Shown here piece after piece: positions 30,385 to 42,300 of a stretch of 64,000 nucleotides of DNA; the stretch's first letter is position 1, and each line of letters opens with the position of its first letter. The translations under genes and the position numbers were made by a program. The DNA comes from Patescibacteria group bacterium (lineage in GTDB: Bacteria > Patescibacteriota > Patescibacteriia > UBA10025 > JAHIVO01): NCBI GenBank assembly GCA_041660605.1, contig JBAZWB010000001.1, forward strand, positions 137,295-201,294. The letters are read 5' to 3'. The notes beneath the pieces are model-generated. The model ran no database searches. It was not told the DNA's origin and was given only the letters and a program-made list of their open reading frames with translations.

Positions 30385-30480
30385 GTTTTAAGTTCGCCAC
30401 GTCATCCTGTCATCCGACAGGACATATCCGACGTGGCGCCCCGAGTTTATCTTGGGGCGAATCTTTACCCCGCTGAATAG
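30385..30480. repeat. Nested hairpins (GCCACGTC..CCTGTC-atccga-GACAGG..GACGTGGC; CCCCGCT-gaat-AGCGGGG) and a terminal 17-nt segment that is the inverted repeat of 30137-30153
   Basis: tccctccgttctgatga (30464-30480) is the reverse complement of tcatcagaatggaggga (30137-30153) with 1 mismatch. Confidence 0.55.
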
Positions 30481-30889
30481 CGGGGCCTTTCCCTCCGTTC
30501 TGATGAAGTAAACCGCAGGTTTGAATCTTACAACAATAATTTGATTTATGCGAAATTAAATCATTTTAATCATTATAGCCGCAATGATTTTAGAAGCTTT
30601 AGTGTTAACCGTGATTATATTTTCAGACACCTCTTACGTGATCCAAATTATTGAATCAAAAGAAGAATACAAAGAACTCTCAATTCCAAACAGTGGTTAT
30701 CTTTAAGAATAGCCGGCAAGTTTTAGTTAAAAAAATATTTTTTTCTAATTTTGACACTAATCTTATAAAAAACTATAATTAAAGCACGTAATCCTTAATA
30801 AAATAGCGGATCAGAGCAAAACCGATATTGCATTATAATATGACATGAAAAGCGCTGAAAAAAAGTTACAAAATATTTAATCAACAAAT

Positions 30890-32905
30890 ATGAATGAGAA
30901 TTTTAAGGCGATAGAGGACTGGATAGCGCAAGCCCGCACTGCCGGTCTTTCTGACAATCAAATTTCAGATCAGCTTCGCAACAGCGGCTGGCAGGAAAGC
31001 CAAATTGCACAATTTATCAAGAATGAAGTTTCCGGAGTTTCTCACCCGGGCACACCCGCCCGAGATTACACTTTCCCAGTGAAGGGTATGAAAAATGTCG
31101 GCACTTCTGCGACGGAACTAAGGCAAAAGCCCTGGCTTTTACGGCACACCGCGTTATTATTCGGGGTGCTTGGGGGCATTCTCATCATTGGCGGTACTGC
31201 CTTTGCCGCGGTACAAGGATATATTCAAATTCCATTTATTTCTAATAGCAATAAACTGCTGACCCAGGCAATAAAACGCCTGGAAACCGTGGAAAGCGGC
31301 GAATTCGGCATTGTTTTCAGCATTGCTACTGAACCGCGCACTCCAGATGCAGTTCCATGGCCAAAAAATTCGAATATAGATGAGGGTATGGATGATTTTT
31401 CCCTAGATTTTACTGATATGATCCCGGCCGATGTCGCGCTTGAAGGCGTCATCACCACATTTATGAATACAGATTCCGCTGATTTGCAGAAACTCCGCGG
31501 CATTCTTACAGCAAAGGGCTCTTACCGCAGCTCAGGTACGACAATGAGCATGGACTTAGAGGCAAGGATCGTTGATGGACTGGGCTACCTTCTCGTGCGG
31601 CAATTTCCCGCCCTTCCTTTTGTGGATACCAGTCCATTCGTTGGAAAGTGGATATCACTGAATACAAAGGGGGATTCAACTGCGGATGATTTTCTTAGCG
31701 CCTATACGCCTGATAATGTAAATGTGTCAGAGGAATCAAAAAAGGTAAAAATTGAGGCAGCAGCTATTTTCCGGCTAGCGCTCTCCACGAAGGCTCTCTC
31801 TGCCGCAAACAGCGGTAGCGAGAAGCTGGACGGGCACGCTACGAAAAAAATTACCCTGACGATTAACCCTGAAAAAATTCCTGCGTTCCTGGCGGCTTAC
31901 CGTGATGATGCTGACAAGCGAGGCGTCTCCACGGCGTATGTCGATGAAACCCTGCAAGAATTAAAAGATCCGAAATACCTCGAACTTATCCGGGCAATGG
32001 CGAGCAACCTGCGCATTACAGTCTGGATCGACAGTGCGGATCATACTCCCCGAAAAGCCGAGTACTCGCAAATTATAGTACCAGATGAGACTGCCACGAA
32101 CTTCAAGGATAAACAGATCCATGCGACATTTGGATTCACGCTTGATCATGTCAATGAACAGCCTAACGTCGAAGCGCCAAAGGACGCTGTTACGCTTGAA
32201 ACAGTTCTTGAGCCGGTGTTAGCTGGACCTCGCGCTAAGTCCCGGAACGCACAGCGCAAATCCGATATTGGACAATTGAGGACCGCGCTTATTCTGTATT
32301 ATGATGATAATACCCACTACCCAAAAGATATAAATGAGGTGGCCGAAAAACCAAATCAGACTATCAGCCAGATGCCTGTCCCGCCATTGCCAAATGAGAT
32401 ATATGCGTACACTCCCACAGAAGACCTTTCGGGTTTTACTATCTGTGCAACTCTCGAGGATGTAGGGGAGGGCGCAGGGAAATACTGTTATGACCAGGCC
32501 GGAATTTTAACAGAAACTCCCGGAAACTCATTGGCTGGCCCGACGGATTTATTTTCTGAGCCAGGGCAAAGAAATGAAAAACGATTAGCAGACCTAAAAA
32601 AACTTCGGGAAGGGGTTTTGCTTTTCTATGATTATGAAAATCAAATGCCAAAATCATATACGGATCTGCTGAGGCATACCCCGCCTGTTATTGAGGGCGT
32701 CGCGCCGCCAGTACAAGGTGAAATGTATAAATACACCCTGTTAGATGGCGTAAAACGGGACTTCAGCGTATGCGCGGATTTTGAAAACTCAGTAGAATAT
32801 GAAGCTGGTCAGTATTGCTTTGAAACCGCAAAACCGAATGCCCTTATCCAAAAAGGCGTAAATGGCGGCATTGACATTGAAATTGTGGGTGATTATAACA
32901 GCTAG
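30890..32905 (+). CDS. Membrane-anchored protein (671 aa) with two tandem pseudopilin/type-IV-pilin head-like motifs in the C-terminal half
   Basis: TM segment around aa 88-110; SRNAQRKSDIGQLRTALILYYDDNTHYP and QRNEKRLADLKKLREGVLLFYDYENQMP resemble the region just after the N-terminal helix of Parcubacteria-type pilins (recalled consensus ARDARR.ADLKQIQTALELYYDDNGSYP). Confidence 0.6.
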   Translation: MNENFKAIEDWIAQARTAGLSDNQISDQLRNSGWQESQIAQFIKNEVSGVSHPGTPARDYTFPVKGMKNVGTSATELRQKPWLLRHTALLFGVLGGILIIGGTAFAAVQGYIQIPFISNSNKLLTQAIKRLETVESGEFGIVFSIATEPRTPDAVPWPKNSNIDEGMDDFSLDFTDMIPADVALEGVITTFMNTDSADLQKLRGILTAKGSYRSSGTTMSMDLEARIVDGLGYLLVRQFPALPFVDTSPFVGKWISLNTKGDSTADDFLSAYTPDNVNVSEESKKVKIEAAAIFRLALSTKALSAANSGSEKLDGHATKKITLTINPEKIPAFLAAYRDDADKRGVSTAYVDETLQELKDPKYLELIRAMASNLRITVWIDSADHTPRKAEYSQIIVPDETATNFKDKQIHATFGFTLDHVNEQPNVEAPKDAVTLETVLEPVLAGPRAKSRNAQRKSDIGQLRTALILYYDDNTHYPKDINEVAEKPNQTISQMPVPPLPNEIYAYTPTEDLSGFTICATLEDVGEGAGKYCYDQAGILTETPGNSLAGPTDLFSEPGQRNEKRLADLKKLREGVLLFYDYENQMPKSYTDLLRHTPPVIEGVAPPVQGEMYKYTLLDGVKRDFSVCADFENSVEYEAGQYCFETAKPNALIQKGVNGGIDIEIVGDYNS

Positions 32906-33378
32906 TAATGTTCATGATCAGCGCCGATTAATTGTCTGGCAACAGTCCAGTATCTTCTGAAACAAATGACGGATCAGGGTTATTATTAGTATAATTTCTC
33001 ACCTTCAGTTGGGCTGTATACTGGAAATAAAAATAATTCAAGAGGGCGGGGCATTTACGCCTGGCTAGAGTTTTTGAGTTTTCTTAATGCGCATAAAAAT
33101 ATTTATCATATTCTGACTAATGAATTTTATTATATTTTTTATAGAGCAATAGCGGGATACCCTATAAGCCGTAATTAAAAGATAGTTTTCCGTGATAAGA
33201 CTGGACAAGTCGCTGCTTTTTTGGTATACTTATGGTAGTATTGTTGTTAAGTTAATGGTATTTTTTAGCTTAGATTAGTAAAAATAATAATAAAAAAGTC
33301 TGATATCATAGCCTTCTGGGAAATCAAAGCAGTCTATTCTAGACAAAAAAAGAAGCGTTATTATTAGGCAGAAGCGTT

Positions 33379-36300
33379 GTGACTTTACAACGATTTTTCA
33401 ACAAAAACACGCCTAATTGGCTGACAAAACCAAAAAGGGGTAATAGGGGGAAAGAAATTGATTTTAAAAGCTATCCTGCGTTACTCACCATTGAGCAGGT
33501 TGGTGAGATTTTTAATATTCACGCAAACACCGTACGCAATTGGGACCGAACAGGCAAGCTTAAGGCGGTGAGAATGGGCAGCAGGCGTGACAGACGCTAT
33601 CCAAAAGAAATGGTGCAAAAAATATATCTGGAAATGCACCCAAAGGAAACGGAAGATAAAAAGGAATCAAACGAAAAGACAGCTTTACCTGCTCCGGAAG
33701 TCAGCAAATACATAATTCAACCCGGTTTTTCTTTTAATAAAATACGCCTGCTGTTAATCAGCAAGCGGTTTACTGTTTTTGTTTACTCCGTAATCATGGT
33801 GGCCGTAGCTTTTGTAACTGTTCAGGTTTCCTTTTTTGCTTATGTTTATACTATTCGTGCCGAGGAAAAGCCTCCGGAAGAATATACTCTGACCATTAAT
33901 CCTACTGTGGTAAAAGGCTGGCAAAATCCGGATAAGGCAAAAGAGATTGAAACCAAGACGAATTCTCCCATAAGTGATTTTACGGAAAAAAATGCCGCGA
34001 TTTTTCACAATAAGCCGGTAGTGTCGCCGACTGAAGCGCCAGCTGTCCCAATAAAAGCGGAAGAAGTTTTGCCGGCGGCTAACACTAACCATGAGACTAT
34101 AACTGACACCAATGTAAATATAAACACCGCTGTCCCACCCCCCAGTCCAGAGCCACCGCCAGCCAATTCTAATCTGAATCAGGCAGTCACGCCGGCCAAT
34201 ACCAATGTTAATGTAAATACAAATACCAACAGCAATAGCAATGCTAATGCGAATACTAATTCTGAGAGCGTTAACACTAATAGTGAGAATACCAATACCA
34301 ACTTAAATTCCAATTCCAACGCTAATACGGGGGTGGAATCTGATCTGAATGCAAATACTAATACCTCCGTACCTGTTGAGGGACAGCCGCAGGTTAAAGT
34401 TTTAGGCGAGGAAACCAGCCAGGTAGGCGAGGTAATAGAAACGGCGCAGGAGAATATTTTTGAAGCCAGCGGCTATGCCTTTCCCGATACGGTACCGGAA
34501 TTGGCGAAATTAAAAAGCGTGAAAATAATATACTCCCTGGCCGCTGATACTTATCCGGACAACGAGGACGTCATTACTTTGAGCTACTCCCTGGATAACG
34601 GGGATTCCTGGCAAACGGCGGATTCATTCGCCCTGCTGGATAATGTCAGTAACAGCACCCACGGCGGTTATTGGGAGGTATCTTTAAATAATATTGATAT
34701 AAAAGATTTTGCAAAGATCCGCGCACGCGTTTCTTATAACGCCGTACCTAGTGATAAAGACGCAAAAGCTTACCTCGATGGCATAATTCTGGAAGCGGTA
34801 GTCAAAAATCCTGAACCGGCCGTAGTTGAGATTCAAAACAGCGTTGAAATAGAAAAGACAGACGTCAAAATTGACGAGCAGCCGGTCGTCAGCGTGGCTG
34901 TCGAGCAGGAAAGTTTTTTCTCTTTTATTGGGGCAGCTTCACAGACGCGCGAAGTCAAGGACATTGAGCTGGTGGATCCTTCCGGTGAAGCTATCAAGGA
35001 GGTAAATTATGACCTGCAGGAAGTGCAGGAAGGAAAAACAATAAAAGCTGAATATGCGATTCAAACCGATAATTTTGACAAACCCGGACGCTATCAAGTA
35101 AAAATGCAGATAGAGCAGGACGGAGTTACCGAAGAAGTGACGCAGGAATTCAACTGGGGCGTATTGGCTATAAATCCCGACCAGTCTATTTACCAGGCGG
35201 GACAGCCAGCCATGCTCTCTATCGGCGTGCTGGATGAAACCGGAAATATGGTCTGCGACGCGGATGTCACCCTGGAGATTACCAATCCAGACGGAGAAGT
35301 GACCATAAAAAAAACCAGCGATGGCGGAATAACCGTCAGCCAGTACTGCACTTATAAAGGAGAATTCAAGGGTCCGGACTATTATACAGATTACATTCCG
35401 TCAGTCCCCGGTACTTATAAAATGAAATTATCGGCTACACATCACAGCGGCACCAATGTCATAAATGACAGTTTTGAAGCGCAATTATTCCCTGAATACA
35501 CCATCAAGCGGACCGGACCAACCCGCGTCTTCCCATATATTTATCAGCCTATGGTCCTGGAGGTAACTGCCCAAAAAGATTTTGAGGGAGAAATCACGGA
35601 AGTGGTGCCGGATGTTTTTGAAGTAAAAGACACCGATGACGCTCAGATGCGCAGGTTTACGAGCGGCACAGTAATATACAAGGAAATAGTTTGGCAGCGT
35701 GCTTTGGCCGCGGGGCAGACGATGAAATTAAGTTATAATTTCAAAACCCCGGAAAAAAGTCCGGCACTCTATTTCGTGGGTCCGGCCAGGGTAGGCGACT
35801 GGAATGAGGGGCGCGAGTGGCAGATGGCCATTGATGTGACTTATATGTACGTCCTGGCTAAGAACGCCTCTGCGCCGAGCGGATGGACTGACGATACGGC
35901 CACTTTTGATAATAAATATTTACGTGGCGCGGCGACGTTCAGCTCAACCGGTGGCGGTGCCGCGACGCACGCTCCCACGATCCACCATAATAATGTAAAT
36001 CCCTCCACTGATGCTGCTGGTACCACCTGTACACGCCGTTGCGGTGCCGTGGCGACTCTTGCCCATACTCATACGTCCAGTAACCCAACGATCGGTGATG
36101 CCAGTAATGATCCCGCTTATCACACTTTTTATGTCTGGAAAAACAATACCGGCGTCCCGGCCAATATCCCCCAGAATGCCTTTGGCTTTTTTGATGCCAA
36201 CCCGGGCGGTTCCTGGACACGACTTAGCGCGGCCGACAGCCGTTTAGTCAAACTGGACAATTCGCATACAACCGGCGGTACTGATACGCATTCACATACG

Positions 36301-39300
36301 GTCACCTGGCAGTCACTCGCTGCCGCCAGCGGTAGTTCAAGCTCGCTTGACCCTCTTTTAGGAGATGGTACTGCGGCTAGCGTACATGGGCATTTTGCGC
36401 CAGCGTTTGGATCCACGGATTCGCAAACATCCGTTCCCCAGTATGTGACGACCTTGATTTATGAGCAAACGAACGCCACTCCGCCAGCCATTCCGACCGG
36501 TTATATTGGATTGTTTGATGCCGATCCAGGCGCGGGCTGGACAGTGATTTCTGACGGTGCACTTGAGGACTACTACCAGAGATTTATCCGCGGCGATGCC
36601 ACGACTGAAGGTACCAAGGCCGGCGCAAATACAACCGACCACGCAGAAGTAACGAGCGGTGCTTCGGACGCGCCTGACACAAATGCGCTCGGCAGCGTTG
36701 GAACGGTTTATTCCGGCCCTAACCATACGCATACCATCACCACCGGCTTTAATACCGAGGACCATACGCCTTCGTATGTTGACTTTGTGGTAGCGCAATA
36801 CACTGGTGCATCATCGACAATCAATCTTTCCGGCGTGGCATATCAGGAAAATGAGAGCAGTCCGATTAACGGAAGTTCAGTCAATAAAACAGTAAATTTA
36901 CTGGTTAATGGAGCGGCCACTGCCTGCGGCGGAGCGGCCTGCACTGATGAAATAACGACGTCGGACGGCGCCTGGGCCATTACCGGCATAACAGCCGTGA
37001 GCGGTGACATTATCACCGTTTTCCTAAATGACGAGACGGAAGAAGGCACGACGGTATTTAAAAGCGACGGCGTGACCCAGACGAATATAAATATATTCCA
37101 AAACGCGGTTATCGTGCGCAATGATACCGGTACTTCCATTACTAATGCCAATCTTGAGAGCGGCGACCGGGATGCCGGCGATAATGATATTAAGTTTGAT
37201 GTTTCTTCCAGTAATGTCACGGTTGATTCCGGCTTTGAACTGCATGTCTGGACGGGCGATACGTATGACCCGGGAGGTACGGTCTCAACTAACGCGACTG
37301 GCGGCGACGTGCATGTGGATGACAGCGCTACAATATACTTCGATACTGCCACGAGCCAGGTCGGACTCGGAACCATAGTCGATGCCAGCGCGACGCTCAA
37401 CCTTGACGCGGCCACCACTTTTGGCGGCGATGTCACTATAAATTCTACCGGCACCTGGAATAACACAACTGCAAACCTGTCACTGACTATCCCAGGCAGT
37501 TTGCAGAATAATGGCACATTTAACGCCGGTACAGGCACCTATACTTTTAACGGAGCAACCAAGACATTCAGCGGCACGACCGCGACTACCATTCCTAGCG
37601 TGTCGGTTTCCGGCACATTGCAGAATAACGGTACTTTAACCGTCTCATCGGCATTGGCTGGCGGAGGCACCTTGACTAATGGCGCTACCGGCGCCTTGCA
37701 TATTGATGTGGCCGCCGCCAGTCTGACCTTAACAACTCTGACCGCCTCGGCTTCCGGCAATACGGTGGACTACGGCTATGCCGGTGCACAGACGGTAAAA
37801 GCTGTTACTTATCACCATCTATCCTTCAGTGGCAGCGGGGCCAAAACCTTGACCAGCTTAACTACGGTCAATGGTGATCTTACCTGGAGCGGCACGGCCA
37901 CCGGCACCAGCGCCTCTAGCCTGATTGTCGGCGGGAATCTGGTTATCAACGACACTGCCAATTTTTCCGCCGGTGCCGTGAACCTGACTGTCATGGGCAC
38001 CACGAGCATTACCGGTACGCTGACTTTTAATTCTAGCACTGGTACGAAGATACTGACCGGCGCCGTGACCATTAATGCCAATGGCACCTGGACTAATTCC
38101 GGCAATTCAGCTTTGTGGTTTAAAGGCGGGCTGACTAATAACAGCGCCAATACCTTCACCGCCGGCTCTGGTGCCTATGCTTTTTACACAAACGATCAGG
38201 CTATCGGCGGCACCAACGCCATCTCTATTCCCAATGTGAACGTTCCCACCATTACTTTGACTAATAACGGCACGCTCACCGTGACGACGCAGCTCACTGG
38301 TTCTGGAGGCATAACAAATTCCGCAACCGGCGCCCTTCATATTGATGCTGCCAGCTTTTCCTTGACCACCCTGACTGCCTCGGCCTCCGGCAATACCGTG
38401 GACTATGGCTATGCCGGCGTGCAAACTGTCCACGACAACACTTATCACCACCTGACCTTGAGCGGCAGCGGAGATAAGACAATGACTACGAATACGCGGA
38501 CTATCGGCGGCAATCTCACCTTGAGCGGTACGGCGACGGCGACTACCAATGCCTCAGGTACGACGACAGTGACCGGGGATGTTATTATCAATACCGGGAC
38601 GACGCTCACTGTGGCTGTAGCTTTTGTAGTCAATGGCGGTGATATTACGGGTGACGGTACGCTGACTTATACCGGTACGCCGATTATCTATCTCAATGGA
38701 ACCGGTAACCTTGGTGGCGCGACCGCCTGGACATTCTACAGTTTAAATTTAGCTGCCAGCGGTGGAACAGCGACGACGACGGCAATCGGTGCCGGACAAA
38801 TAACGATCGCGTCCACTCTGACGCTGGTCTACTATTATAATGCGGGAAACGACACGGAAAGTTTCCACCACCTGAACGCCGGGCCAAAGACCTGGACATT
38901 GAGCGGGTCGGGCACGCCATTCATTAAAAATGCAACATTTACGCCAGCTACCTCGACATTCATCTACTCAGGGACAGGGAGCACAAATATCACGGGGGCG
39001 ACCTACAATAACCTCACCTTGCAGCCTTCTTCTGGCACCCCGACCTATACTCTTGCAGATAGTACGGCGTACACAATTGGCGGTAACCTGGTCATGAGTT
39101 CAACCGCAAATTTAACAGTATCCGCTGGAACGTCCATAATTACCATGACTGGTACCTCCAATACCATCACCGGTGGCGGACAGACGATTTACGACCTGAC
39201 CATCAATCCTGCCACTGCCGGGACTATTACGTTGCAGACCTCCGGGCTGACGTTGACGCGCAATTTGATTGTTTCTAGCGGCGATATCTTCTCCGTTGGT

Positions 39301-42300
39301 GCCATCGCCCTGACTGTGACTGGTACTTCCACCATTACTGGTACGATCAATATTACCAGTGCTACTGGCACCAAGATATTTACCGGCCTGGTGACCGTCA
39401 GCACGACCACCGGTGTCTGGAATAATTCCGGCAATTCAGCCGTGACCTTCCGTGGCGGGATAACCAATAATAATACCTTCACCGCAGGCAGTGGCGTGCA
39501 TACCTTTGATACCAACAGCCAAGCCCTGACTGGAACCTTTTCCATCCCCAGCGTGACCGTGACCAGCCCTACCACCCTGACCAATGACGGCACGCTCACC
39601 ATATCAACGGCCCTGTCCGGAACTGGAGGCCTGACAAACAGTGCCACGGGCACATTGAATATCGGCGGCACGTCCGGTATCACCACGATTACTGCCTCAG
39701 CTTCCGGCAATACGGTGAACTATACCGGCGGCGTGCAGACCGTCCACATTAATACCTATCACCATCTAACCCTGAGCGGCAGTGGCGCGAAAACCATGAC
39801 CAGTGTACAAACAGTAAATGGAAATTTGACGCTCTCCGGTACGGTGACGGCAACTATCAGCTCCTCATTTGGCGTGGGGCTAGATGTAATTATCAATACA
39901 GGGACGACACTTACCGTAGCCGCTCAATTAATTGTTAGTGGCGGGGATATTACGGGTGACGGCACGATGACGTATACCGGAACGCCGACGGTCTATCTGA
40001 TCGGTACCGGTAGTTTCGGAGGCGCGAATGCCTGGAGCTTCTATAATTTGACTTTTGCTATCTCAAGTGGTGCAGCAACGACGACCACGGCAACCGGCGC
40101 CGGGCAAATAACGGTCGCCTCCGTCCTGGCATTGTCATATTGGTTCAATGGAGACAGTGATGTAAACCATTACTTGGATGCTGGCTCAAAGACATGGACG
40201 CTGTCAGGCAGCGGCACGCCGTTTCCTTATAACAGAGCTTATGCGCAATTAATTCCCAATGCCTCGACATTCATATACAGCGGAACAAGCGCGACGAATG
40301 TCCGGTACGCGCCCTACAATAACCTCACTCTGTCCGGCGCCGCGACCTATACCCAGTTGACAGGAGGCTGTACCGTGTCCGGCGCTTTGAATGTGGCTAA
40401 TGGCGCTACTTTTTCTATTCCTACTAGTATGACGGTAACAAATTCCGGGACATTCACGCTTAACACCTCTGGTACCGTGAGTGGGGCGGGAACCGTAAAA
40501 TTTACCAGTACTTCGGCTGGTCCGGGGACGGGCGGTACGCTTAGCGCGGTTGTCCAGTATGATTCATCAGGCGGAAGTATCGCCAGCACCACCTTTGACG
40601 CGCGCACCTACGTAGGGGCAGTGGATATTTATGGTAATAATTCCTCCAATTCAGTCACGGCGGCGTCTGGCACATACACGTTTTCGGGAAATTTAAGCAT
40701 TACGCAAGACGGCACCGGCACGACTACCCTGGATCTTAATACCAGCGATCCCACAGTCGGCGTTACCGGCACGACTACTATTGATGCCAGCACCATTCTC
40801 TCGGCTTCCAGCGCCAGCGCTATGTCCCTAGGCGATGATTTTACCAATAACGGCACTTTCACCCACAACAGCGGAAGCGTTGCTCTGACCACTACCGCCA
40901 CAGCGACTATCACGGGCAATACTACTTTCAATAACTTGTCAGTCAGCGGCATCGGCGCCGCCAAGACGATTACTTTCACCGCCAGTTCGGTCACGACAGT
41001 CGTCGGCACCTGGACTGTCACCGGTACGGCCGGTAATCTTATCACCCTCCAATCCTCCAGCTCGCCGACCCAGTGGACGATCAATCCGACCGTCGCTTCG
41101 GTTAGTTATGTTCAGGTATCGGATTCTAATAATACCGGTGTTGCTTTCTGCGCCACCTATTCCACTGATACGGGGGATAATAATACCAACTGGTCAGTCA
41201 GCTCCGGCGGCGTCTGCACTACTATCAATGTCTCCGGCACCATTTATACCGACGAGGGTTCCACTGTTTATAACTGCTCCAGTAACAATCTAACAGTCAG
41301 GATCAAGGTAAACGGCGTCGGTTCCTATTCAGCTGACTGTACGGCGGCTGGCGGCACCTTTGCTGTCAGTAACGTCTCCGTCGGCGCCATCAATGATGTT
41401 GTGACTGTCTTCCTGGACAACGAGACGCCCAATGCCGTTACCATTACTAAGACTGCTGACACTACGTCTAATCTTACTGATATTAATTTATATCAGAATA
41501 AGGCTATTGTCCGGCACGAAAGCGCATCGGCCATTACCAACGCTAACCTTGACCAATATGATTTTGCCAATGAAGGGAGTGACGGCGATATAGGTTTTAC
41601 CGTTACCACAAACAATATTACAGTTGCCTCCGGCTGGGAGCTGCATGTCTGGACCGGCAAGACATATAATCCGGGCGGTACGGTAGCGACCAACGCCACT
41701 GGCGGCGATCTGCATGTGGACGATTCCGGCGTCTTTACCACGGGCGGCACGACGACTGTCGGTGCAAACCTAGCCATTGATACCGGTGCTACCATGACTG
41801 CCGGCGCTTACGACCTGACCGTAACTGGCACGACGGGTATTACTGGCACCATGACCATATCATCTGCTACTGGCACGAAGATATTGACCGGCTCTGTGAC
41901 CGTAAATTCCGGCGGCACCTGGACGAATTCCGGCAATTCCAATGTGGAGTTCCAGGGTGGTTTGACTAATAACAGCGCCAATACATTTACCGCCGGCACC
42001 GGTGGCTATGCCTTTGATACGAATAGCCAGGCCATTGGCGGTACCAACGCCATTTCTATTCCCAGCGTGACTGTGACTGGCGTTACCCTAACCAATAACG
42101 GTACGCTCACGGTGACGACAGCATTGGCTGGCTCTGGTGGCATCACCAATGCAACAACCGGCGCGCTCCATATAGATGTCGCAGCGGCCAGCTTTACCCT
42201 GACCACGCTCACTGCTTCTGCCTCCGGCAATACCGTGGATTACGGCTATGCCGGTGCGCAGACCGTGAAGGCGACCACTTACCATCACTTGATCTTGAGC

